Shown here in pieces: positions 37,911 to 44,873 of a stretch of 51,702 nt of DNA. Location of the stretch: positions 1 through 51,702 of IMG/VR virus record IMGVR_UViG_3300037483_000246. One strand, written 5' to 3'. A program made the translations under genes and the position numbers. Source of the stretch: a virus. Lineage: Duplodnaviria > Caudoviricetes. The notes under the pieces were generated by a model. The model was given only the letters and a program-made list of their open reading frames with translations, searched no databases and had not been told where the DNA came from. Positions within the stretch are counted from its first letter, which is position 1. Each line of letters begins with the position of its first letter.

Positions 37911-38198
37911 ATGCCTGAATCTTTGCAGACTTTCATCTGGCTTTTTGGGGTAGGCGTAATTGGGGTGTTGCTCACCCTGGTGGGTTTCTTTGTCGTGCGA
38001 CTTATCAACGGTATGGACTCCTTCAAGACGGAAGTAACCGCAGCCTTGACTGAGTTAAGTCGAACGATGACGGCGATCCGGGTGGACCTGGGAGACGATC
38101 TCGCCGAGGTTCGCGCAAAGGTGAAAGTGATTGAAGAAGCTGGGTGCATCGGGCACCGAACTCGTCGCAAGGAGGACACCTCATGTTACCCGCACTAG
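37911..38198 (+). CDS. single-TM coiled-coil protein of the lysis cassette
   Basis: AGGAGG RBS; N-terminal TM helix. Confidence 0.65.
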   Translation: MPESLQTFIWLFGVGVIGVLLTLVGFFVVRLINGMDSFKTEVTAALTELSRTMTAIRVDLGDDLAEVRAKVKVIEEAGCIGHRTRRKEDTSCYPH

Positions 38199-38710
38199 CA
38201 CTGTTATCGCCCCTGGCCAGGGACCTGTTCGCCAACGGGCTGAGCCTGCTCGGTAATGCCGTGCTGGCCAAGGGCAAGGAGAAGGTCGAGGAGACTCTGG
38301 GCATCAAGCTGCCCGACGAGAACAAGTCTCTCACGCCTGAGCAGGCTGCGCATCTCCGCGAGGTAGAAGCGGACCATGAAGAACGCCTGCTCGAACTCGG
38401 CATCGAGAAAGAGAAAATCAAGCTGGAGGGCGAGAGGGTTGCGCAGGAGGCGGTAACGAAACGCTGGGAGGCGGACATGCTCTCGGACTCGTGGCTCTCC
38501 AAGAACATCCGCCCGGTGGCTCTGCTGCACACCCTGGTTGCCTTCGACCTACTGTTGCTCGCCGCGCTGTTCGACAAGAAGGTCCCTGACGGGTACTTGT
38601 CCCTGATCGGATCGCTGCTGACCACGATGGTCGCCGCCTACTTCGTCGGTCGCACCGTCGAGAAGGGGATCGACCTGTATCAAGGCTGGAAGCAAACCAA
38701 AGGAGAATAG
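38183..38710 (+). CDS. holin (3TM/GTA-holin-like)
   Basis: ADM.SDSWLSKNIRP, two C-terminal TM helices, YFVGRTVEK; ATG 38183 after AGGAGG. Confidence 0.8.
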   Translation: MLPALALLSPLARDLFANGLSLLGNAVLAKGKEKVEETLGIKLPDENKSLTPEQAAHLREVEADHEERLLELGIEKEKIKLEGERVAQEAVTKRWEADMLSDSWLSKNIRPVALLHTLVAFDLLLLAALFDKKVPDGYLSLIGSLLTTMVAAYFVGRTVEKGIDLYQGWKQTKGE

Positions 38711-38713
38711 GCC

Positions 38714-39040
38714 ATGCGTCTCGGACAGCACCAGGAAGCATTCAGCCGCGATCTCGTCAAGCTCGCGCTTAAGGCCTTTGAACTCGGGTATGAGATTCGC
38801 TGGGGTGAGGTTCAGCGCATGCCTGAGATGCAGGCGATCTACGTACAGACCGGGCGCAGCAAGACCATGCTGTCGAACCACCTGAAGAAATGCGCCGCTG
38901 ATCTGCACTTCTTCATGGAGGGAAAGCTCTGCTACCCCGAAGAACTCGGGCGCTACTGGGAGAGTCTGAACCCCCTCAACCGGGCAGGCATGTTCTGGAA
39001 GTCCTTCAAGGACGGCCCGCACTTCGAGCGCAACTGCTAA
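38714..39040 (+). CDS. M15-family peptidase endolysin
   Basis: R...Q...SNH....AADL ... DGPHFE motifs. Confidence 0.88.
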   Translation: MRLGQHQEAFSRDLVKLALKAFELGYEIRWGEVQRMPEMQAIYVQTGRSKTMLSNHLKKCAADLHFFMEGKLCYPEELGRYWESLNPLNRAGMFWKSFKDGPHFERNC

Positions 39041-39312
39041 ACCTCCGGTCCGGGTTCGGCCAGTTCGCAGATGTCCGTGCTTTTCTTGTCACGGCAAAGC
39101 ATGTGATCCTTCCCCGCCGTGTCGAGAACGGCCACGCAATTCGGTGCGCCATTCATCCCCTGCAGCGCGTAGACGATCCCTGACGGGCGGACGAAGAACA
39201 TCCCGTCGGCGTTGTGGCACACCATGATGTACACCTCATCGATAGGCAGCTGTTCGTGCTGCCCGGCGTGCGCCGTGGTGGATAGAAGCAGCAGTGCGAG
39301 TAGCTTTCTCAT
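39037..39312 (-). CDS. secreted hypothetical protein
   Basis: Signal peptide MRKLLALLLLSTTAHA; four Cys. Confidence 0.7.
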   Translation of the reverse strand: MRKLLALLLLSTTAHAGQHEQLPIDEVYIMVCHNADGMFFVRPSGIVYALQGMNGAPNCVAVLDTAGKDHMLCRDKKSTDICELAEPGPEV

Positions 39313-39506
39313 GCCGTTCTCCTTTTATTCCTTGCCAGCCTTTTCAACTCATCGGCCACCCATACATGGTGGAGAAAATGCAGCGCTGCTTGCTCTAGCG
39401 CATGGGCTTCGACTTCGGCGATTGCCCTACGCGCGTCGGCCAGCTGGCGGCGTAGCTCGTCCCTTTCAGCTTCAAGTTCGACGATCTTGGTGGTCGGTTC
39501 ACTCAC
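39309..39506 (-). CDS. coiled-coil hypothetical protein
   Basis: GAGGA RBS; overlap with next gene. Confidence 0.65.
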   Translation of the reverse strand: MSEPTTKIVELEAERDELRRQLADARRAIAEVEAHALEQAALHFLHHVWVADELKRLARNKRRTA

Positions 39507-39552
39507 TTTGGTGTCCTCTCGTCTTTAGGTATTGACCCTCAGAAAAACTTCA

Positions 39553-39714
39553 TCATGCGCCAATTCTGCCCCCGGCCGCAGGCATAGTCAATGGCGATGT
39601 CCCTCTTGGCAAGTCCGCTGAGTGGTTGCTTGGCCTGCCACAAGGCACCCTCTCTACAGCACCAGCGGCGAAGGCCACGCCAGCGATCAGGACCAGTACG
39701 AAGAGGCGCCGCAT
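39553..39714 (-). CDS. small signal-peptide protein, possibly frameshifted
   Basis: MRRLFVLVLIAGVAFAAG start; alternative frame continues to 39539. Confidence 0.45.
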   Translation of the reverse strand: MRRLFVLVLIAGVAFAAGAVERVPCGRPSNHSADLPRGTSPLTMPAAGGRIGA

Positions 39715-39715
39715 C

Positions 39716-40099
39716 TCAGAACCTCACCTGCAGCCCAATCCAGGTCCTGTTGCGCGTCACGCCAAGGCGCAGGCCGTGGCCGATCCACGCCCCTGCTGCG
39801 GCGCCGACTACATCGGCGGCGAGATCGGCGGTGCTGGCCGTGTGGCGATCCGGGTGCCGCGCGTCGTAGACCTCCTTCGCCAGTCCAGGGATGACAGCCA
39901 GCGCGGCGCCATAGAGAACCGGGTGCTCCGTCTCGCGGCACGCCACCGCACCGACGGCGCCCAGGAAGGCGGATACCGCGACGTGCTGCTGCTTGTCCTG
40001 CTCCAGCGCTTCGGAGCGATCCGACAGCAGCACGGCCAGGGCGCCGAGGATGATGGCCAGCAGAAAAGAACCTTGACTGTTTCCGTTATGTTTTTGCAT
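39716..40099 (-). CDS. YfiM/DUF2279-like membrane protein
   Basis: DKQQH..VSA, GLAKEVYD, S.ADL.ADVVG motifs. Confidence 0.7.
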   Translation of the reverse strand: MQKHNGNSQGSFLLAIILGALAVLLSDRSEALEQDKQQHVAVSAFLGAVGAVACRETEHPVLYGAALAVIPGLAKEVYDARHPDRHTASTADLAADVVGAAAGAWIGHGLRLGVTRNRTWIGLQVRF

Positions 40100-40112
40100 A
40101 ATCAGTCCTCCT

Positions 40113-40460
40113 TTATGCAGGTGAGAGTTCTTCGAGGGCGGCGAAGCACCACTTCGACTGCTGGGCGTCCAGCTTGTACTGGCGGGCGAAGGCTTCGATC
40201 TCAGCTTCGGTGCTGTGCTCGTTGAGGTAATCTACGCGCGGGGTTGTGTCCTTGCTGCGCTCGGTGCCCACGCCGGCGTAGGTGCGACGCGACAGCACGA
40301 TCACCGGAGCGGTGAGGATGACCTTGCCGTTCCAGTCCCACTTCGCTTTGCGCAGAAGCACCTGCACGCTGGGCGCTCTCGTCTCTACCCAGTAGCGCAC
40401 GCCGAAGGCCGCCTCGACGAAAGCATTGCCCTCACTGTTGTAACCGATAAGTTGCGTCAT
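40113..40460 (-). CDS. hypothetical protein
   Basis: AAGGAG RBS. Confidence 0.75.
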   Translation of the reverse strand: MTQLIGYNSEGNAFVEAAFGVRYWVETRAPSVQVLLRKAKWDWNGKVILTAPVIVLSRRTYAGVGTERSKDTTPRVDYLNEHSTEAEIEAFARQYKLDAQQSKWCFAALEELSPA

Positions 40461-40474
40461 CTCGTTCTCCTTGG

Positions 40475-40573
40475 TTATTGCACGGGGTCGTGCTTCGCAG
40501 CTTCTTCGAGTTTACGATGTTCTTCTTCGAGCTTTACAATTGCGTCGCGGTCTTTCTGGTTGAGGTTGCTCAT
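40475..40573 (-). CDS. 32-aa hypothetical protein
   Basis: AAGGAG RBS before MSNLNQ. Confidence 0.55.
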   Translation of the reverse strand: MSNLNQKDRDAIVKLEEEHRKLEEAAKHDPVQ

Positions 40574-40662
40574 GGCGTTCTCCTTTGGCTGATCGTGGTT
40601 GCATCTTGCCCGATCAGAGCCGTCGGGTATATGGGGTCGATGCTGTATTTTGCTGGTAGGGT

Positions 40663-40926
40663 TCACCCGGTTATGCGCAGCCACCGCGCTTTGAAGTAGC
40701 CAGGACACTCGGCGAGGGTAAACACCGGGGTTAGCAGCAGGTACGCCGCCGCTTGGAGGTAGCACTTGCGGCGCAACAGGGTGCCGGCCTCGAGCATTGC
40801 ATAGGCCCACACGGCCACGAGCAAGAACGGTGAGGACACCAGCAGGGCGACGAAAGCGAGCATCGCAGCATCATCAATCTTGTAGTCGCGAGGGTGAGCG
40901 TTTTTCCAGCGGGTGTATCGGTACAT
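40663..40926 (-). CDS. hypothetical membrane protein
   Basis: AGGAG RBS; two hydrophobic segments; downstream of promoter. Confidence 0.65.
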   Translation of the reverse strand: MYRYTRWKNAHPRDYKIDDAAMLAFVALLVSSPFLLVAVWAYAMLEAGTLLRRKCYLQAAAYLLLTPVFTLAECPGYFKARWLRITG

Positions 40927-40952
40927 GGCATTCTCCTAGGTAACTAGGGCCG

Positions 40953-40982
40953 AGTGTACATCAAGTGCTAAACGCTTGTCAA
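40953..40982 (-). promoter_or_regulatory. early promoter, shared-motif family
   Basis: TTGACA-18nt-TACACT; 18 nt identical to the 44825-44854 promoter. Confidence 0.75.
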
Positions 40983-41222
40983 GCGCCGCGCCCAGCCTTC
41001 CGCTGCTGCGTGCATCTTCGCGTTGAACCATCTGCGCACGGCGTAGGACCGCACAACCGAAATCACGGTGTAAAGCAAGCCGATGTAGAAGTTGTTCGCC
41101 AGCGTCAGGCTGGTGAAACCGAACAGCGGCAGGATCAGGAGGTTCGCGGCGAAGTTGATCCAGAAGCCGATGAACACATTCACCCACGCCTCGATAAAGG
41201 AACCGAGTTTAGTCTGGCCCAT
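40968..41222 (-). CDS. small membrane protein (DUF7220-like)
   Basis: Q.K..S.IEA..NV.IG ... SVVRSY.VRRWFN pattern. Confidence 0.75.
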   Translation of the reverse strand: MGQTKLGSFIEAWVNVFIGFWINFAANLLILPLFGFTSLTLANNFYIGLLYTVISVVRSYAVRRWFNAKMHAAAEGWARRLTSV

Positions 41223-41805
41223 TTGTTCGCTCCTCTAAAGGCACCACTGGATCGTCGCGGGTGTACTGACGCGGCGCCTTGTCTTTGTGCATCTCGATGA
41301 TCGCTGCCGTCTTGGCGTTGAGGTCGTCGTAGTCAATAAGGCTGATCGGCGGGCGGTCATCGTTCACCATGCCGTTGCGCTGCGCGTCGCGCAACACGAC
41401 GAGGGTAGACAGCGCCTTGACGACATGCGGCAGGCCGGAAGCGGGGTCAATGTCTTCGCCCTCCCACCAGGCCATGATGTGCCGTTGAAGTGCGTCATAG
41501 TAGACGGATGAACGGATACCCGCGATGCGGTAGTTGAACGCACCGTACTTCGCTTTGCCTTCCATCATGGCCACACCGATCTCGGCAAGCACGCCGGCAG
41601 GGAGCGTGGACATTGGCGCCTTCCTGCTACCGATGGCGTCCTTGGGGTTGGTGTCCTTACACGTATCGGAGGTCACCTGGATGTGACAGTCAAGACCGTC
41701 GTGGTGCTTCAACGGGAAGTTGCAAAGCTCGCAGATCGCCTCGGGGAAATTGTCGAGCAGGTATTCAAGCGATCTTACTGGAACGTGTTTATTAGTGAAC
41801 ATCAC
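41209..41805 (-). CDS. dATP/dGTP diphosphohydrolase-domain protein (DUF5664-like)
   Basis: NPKD..G..K.P, G..KYG.FNYR, YYDALQRH..AWW.GED.DP.SGLPH, DDRP. Confidence 0.85.
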   Translation of the reverse strand: MMFTNKHVPVRSLEYLLDNFPEAICELCNFPLKHHDGLDCHIQVTSDTCKDTNPKDAIGSRKAPMSTLPAGVLAEIGVAMMEGKAKYGAFNYRIAGIRSSVYYDALQRHIMAWWEGEDIDPASGLPHVVKALSTLVVLRDAQRNGMVNDDRPPISLIDYDDLNAKTAAIIEMHKDKAPRQYTRDDPVVPLEERTNGPD

Positions 41806-43241
41806 ATCCTCGCTTTCTTCATGGCTTGTAAAAAGAGTTCTTGTATAGTTGCTTTGCCTTCAACTCGCGCGATCACCATCTCGTCCACCGTGTCTCTCGC
41901 GATGATGTTGTAGATGAACACGGGGCGCTTGTGCCCCGATTGCATCTGCCTTACTGGTCCGATGCGTTCGAGAATCTGCTGCCGATTTTCCAAGTTCCAA
42001 TCATGGCTGAAATAGACCAGTATGTTTCCCCCATCCTGAAGGTTAAGGCCGTGCCCCGCCGATGCTGGGTGAGCGAATAGAACAGGAATGTGCCCAGCAT
42101 TCCATGATGCAATCGTCGCAGGGTCAGCGTCAAGCTGCCGACCTTTAGGGAACGCTCGCTGTAACCGAGCAAGGTCACTTTTGAAATGGTAGGCCACCAA
42201 GACAGGCATACCAGCAGCTTCTTCGACAATGTCTTCCAGGGCTTGAACCTTTGCATCGTGCACCTCCTTCCACTCTTTGCTTTTCGGGTGGTAGTCGCTG
42301 TCCGCATCCGGGTCGAGGTACACGGCGCCGCTCGCCAGCTGCAGCAGCTTCTGCGTCTTCGCTGCGGCGTTGAACGCTTCGACCTCGTGGCCATCGAACT
42401 GCATGAAGAGGTCCTTCTCCATGTCGCGGTATAACTTGCGCACCTTGATCGGTAGGTCCACATATACCGGCGTGACAATCGGCTCCTCCAGGTCGAACCA
42501 ATCCTTCGCGTCGATAGTGATGCAGATGTCGCGCAGCAAGTTCTCGATCTCTTCCTGCGCGTGCGGCAACGGCACCGATCCGTATCCGTCGGGCGATGGC
42601 TTGAACCACCGCTGCTTGTACGCTTCGAACGTGCGCCCGAGTCGGCGGCCTGCGTCCATGAACCATACTTGGCCCCACAGGTCCTGCAGTCCATTCGGCG
42701 CCGGCGTGCCCGTCAACTCGGTGAAGCGCTTGATCTTCGTGTGCGCAATCTTGCCGAGAGCCTGCGCCCGCGCGCCGCCCTGCTTCAGTCTGAAAGACTT
42801 CAGCTTCGTGGACTCATCCGAAACGAAGTTGCGAAAAGGCCAGCGCTCGCCGAAGTGGTCGATCAGCCACGGCAGCTGCTCGTAGTTCGTCGTGAAGACA
42901 CTGGCGTCGGTCTTCAGCGCCGCGCGTCGCTCCGCCTCGCTGCCCACGATTGGCACCACGGAGATGTTGCGCAGGTGGTCCCACTTCTTCGCCTCTTCCG
43001 GCCACGTCGTCTTCGCCACGCGCAACGGCGCCGCGATCAGCGTAGGATGGCTCTCGCCGCACAGGATATGGTTGTCTATCACTGTGAGCGTCGAGACGGT
43101 CTTACCGAGGCCCATGCCGGCGAACACCGTGTTGCGATCTATCTGCGACGAGTGCGCGATGATGAGGTCCTGGTAGCCGTGAGGCGTGAAGATTTTGCGC
43201 TTCACTTGGGGTGCGCTTCTTGGATCAGCCATCGCGGGCAT
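41802..43241 (-). CDS. SNF2-family helicase
   Basis: MGLGKT, DES, TGTP..N, GHGLNLQ, Q...RI motifs; start may be GTG 43205. Confidence 0.92.
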   Translation of the reverse strand: MPAMADPRSAPQVKRKIFTPHGYQDLIIAHSSQIDRNTVFAGMGLGKTVSTLTVIDNHILCGESHPTLIAAPLRVAKTTWPEEAKKWDHLRNISVVPIVGSEAERRAALKTDASVFTTNYEQLPWLIDHFGERWPFRNFVSDESTKLKSFRLKQGGARAQALGKIAHTKIKRFTELTGTPAPNGLQDLWGQVWFMDAGRRLGRTFEAYKQRWFKPSPDGYGSVPLPHAQEEIENLLRDICITIDAKDWFDLEEPIVTPVYVDLPIKVRKLYRDMEKDLFMQFDGHEVEAFNAAAKTQKLLQLASGAVYLDPDADSDYHPKSKEWKEVHDAKVQALEDIVEEAAGMPVLVAYHFKSDLARLQRAFPKGRQLDADPATIASWNAGHIPVLFAHPASAGHGLNLQDGGNILVYFSHDWNLENRQQILERIGPVRQMQSGHKRPVFIYNIIARDTVDEMVIARVEGKATIQELFLQAMKKARM

Positions 43242-43672
43242 GCTGCCAGGTATTGCCTATCAACTTCTGCCTTGCTGTCGATCACCCGCACGGTGAACCC
43301 GCGCTCGCGCAGCTTCGCATGCTCGCGCTCTTGCAACTCGGTGGGCTTCTGGCCTGTCGCTTTCAGTTCGACGAAGTGGATCATGTGCGAGACGATCTCG
43401 GCCACCTGTTGTGCAAGCTCCTCTTCCGTGGCGTTCTCCACACTTCGGCAGTCGTAGCTTTTCACCACCTTGTACAGGGCAGCCGCTGCGGCCTTCGCGT
43501 CCCCCAGCACCAGTCGATCCGGCACGCTGCGCCGTTGCGGGCTGGTGAACTTGTAGGCGATGCCGCCTCGCGACTTCGTGCGCTTGACCAGATACTCCTC
43601 GATTGCACTCTCGCGCTCGTGGAACTTCTTCGGCTTCTGCTCCACGCCTTCAGGTAGGGTGAACTTAGTCAC
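43202..43672 (-). CDS. VRR-NUC nuclease
   Basis: ESAIE, KFTSP...VPDR, FVELKA.G.KPT.LQ; ~40-aa insertion between PDR and ELK. Confidence 0.88.
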   Translation of the reverse strand: MTKFTLPEGVEQKPKKFHERESAIEEYLVKRTKSRGGIAYKFTSPQRRSVPDRLVLGDAKAAAAALYKVVKSYDCRSVENATEEELAQQVAEIVSHMIHFVELKATGQKPTELQEREHAKLRERGFTVRVIDSKAEVDRQYLAACPRWLIQEAHPK

Positions 43673-43838
43673 AACAAGCCTCCTGTTCAAAAACTTTGTA
43701 GGCGCACACGAACATCGGGCACACTGGCCCTTCGTTCGTTTCGACGATCAACGGTGCGAAGTCGAGCGCGTTCTTCGTCTGGGTGGCGCGATAGCACAGT
43801 CCCCGCGCGTGGCACTGGGTTGAGGAGCAAGCGGTCAT
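43665..43838 (-). CDS. 57-aa Cys-rich hypothetical protein
   Basis: ATGA overlap; C....C.....CYR; below track cutoff. Confidence 0.55.
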   Translation of the reverse strand: MTACSSTQCHARGLCYRATQTKNALDFAPLIVETNEGPVCPMFVCAYKVFEQEACCD

Positions 43839-44104
43839 ATCACCGCCTTCATTATGAACGTCGGCTTGTCCGCTGCCTGCGAGAACTCAACGTAGTAGGG
43901 CAGCAGCTGGGGGCAAGGTATGTCCTCGCGCATCTTCAACGGAAGGACCAACAGATACCGCTCGGGCGGGTATCCCTGCTGGCGCATCCATTCGCCGATT
44001 GGCTCCGGCGGGGCGCGCAAGACGTGGATTACGCGTTCGAGATCGGCCAGCGTCAGTGGCTTCGTATCGCCCGTTCCGGCAGTGGCAATGCTTGTGGCGG
44101 TCAT
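43835..44104 (-). CDS. hypothetical protein
   Basis: ATGA overlaps; start MTATSIA. Confidence 0.6.
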   Translation of the reverse strand: MTATSIATAGTGDTKPLTLADLERVIHVLRAPPEPIGEWMRQQGYPPERYLLVLPLKMREDIPCPQLLPYYVEFSQAADKPTFIMKAVI

Positions 44105-44229
44105 AAGTATCTCAGCCCGTAAAGTGGCAGGCAAAGCGCACCCAGGATGATCGCTCCCGCAACACCCCATGCCGCTTCTTGCAGAATGATCCAAGGCACC
44201 AGCCAGCAATTTGTGAGAAAATTTTTCAC
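44101..44229 (-). CDS. 42-aa membrane peptide
   Basis: MKNFLTNCWLVPWIILQEAAWGVAGAIILGALCLPLYGLRYL; overlaps both neighbours. Confidence 0.55.
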   Translation of the reverse strand: MKNFLTNCWLVPWIILQEAAWGVAGAIILGALCLPLYGLRYL

Positions 44230-44393
44230 GACGGCTTCCTTTCCACTTTCAAAGTCATCTCGGCGTAGCCCGACACGATCAGGTCGGCCATGAAGCGAAA
44301 GGCCTTCCGCTGCTCTGTGAAACGGGCCTCGCCCTTCGCCTTGTCGGTGAGAGTGACGTAGCCTACGACGTAGGTGGTTCTCGTATTAGCCAC
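44226..44393 (-). CDS. 55-aa hypothetical protein
   Basis: AAGGAG RBS, GTG start. Confidence 0.6.
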   Translation of the reverse strand: MANTRTTYVVGYVTLTDKAKGEARFTEQRKAFRFMADLIVSGYAEMTLKVERKPS

Positions 44394-44556
44394 AGGACAA
44401 CTCCTTCGCGCGCTCGCCCACGGAGACGATGATGTCGCCTTCCGCCTTGTCGTCGAGCAAGAATTTCACGAAGCGCTGTGCTTCGTAATAGCTTGCGAAG
44501 GTATTGACCGACGCGACGCCGCCATGCCGGCGGGTGACGATGTAGACTTTTTTCAC
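44386..44556 (-). CDS. 56-aa hypothetical protein
   Basis: AAGGAG RBS, GTG start (MKKVYIVT...). Confidence 0.6.
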   Translation of the reverse strand: MKKVYIVTRRHGGVASVNTFASYYEAQRFVKFLLDDKAEGDIIVSVGERAKELSCG

Positions 44557-44579
44557 GATGCTCTCCTTCAGAATAAATT

Positions 44580-44647
44580 GCGCGTCCTACTTCGAGCCTT
44601 CACAGGAACCCACTCGACGGCGGGTATCTTCTGCGTTTCGGACGCGC
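44580..44647 (-). ncRNA. candidate pseudoknotted cis-regulatory RNA
   Basis: P1 GCGCGTCC/GGACGCGC, GAAA, CGCAG/CTGTG, ACCC/GGGT; loop TCGAGT complementary to GCTCGA. Confidence 0.45.
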
Positions 44648-44651
44648 CGGC

Positions 44652-44789
44652 CTAGTAGGCCGTGCCAACGTGGCGGGTTACGCCAGTGTAGGGCTTGACG
44701 ATCTGCGACGCCGGGATGATGCGCGCCCACAGGCGAGCACGGCGGAGTTGCCTTTTCACTTCGGCGCGGATCGGGTTGGTCGTTTTCAT
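44652..44789 (-). CDS. 45-aa basic hypothetical protein
   Basis: AAGGAG RBS; first gene after the promoter. Confidence 0.6.
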   Translation of the reverse strand: MKTTNPIRAEVKRQLRRARLWARIIPASQIVKPYTGVTRHVGTAY

Positions 44790-44824
44790 GTTGTTCTCCT
44801 TGGTTTGTTTGACAGCGTGCAGCC

Positions 44825-44854
44825 ATGGTACAGCACATGCTAAACGCTTGTCAA
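44825..44854 (-). promoter_or_regulatory. early promoter, shared-motif family
   Basis: TTGACA-18nt-TACCAT. Confidence 0.75.
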
Positions 44855-44873
44855 GTACAGTCGATACCTTATT

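Noticed and set aside
35812-39040. Diversity-generating retroelement as in BPP-1-like phages
   Set aside because: No reverse transcriptase and no template/variable repeat pair seen
42038-42048. 11-nt match (GAAGGTTAAGG) between the 43-nt spacer and the SNF2 gene
   Set aside because: Short enough to be expected by chance in a genome of this size
44580-44647. Hammerhead ribozyme
   Set aside because: GAAAC is present but there is no CUGANGA core or stem I in the required order
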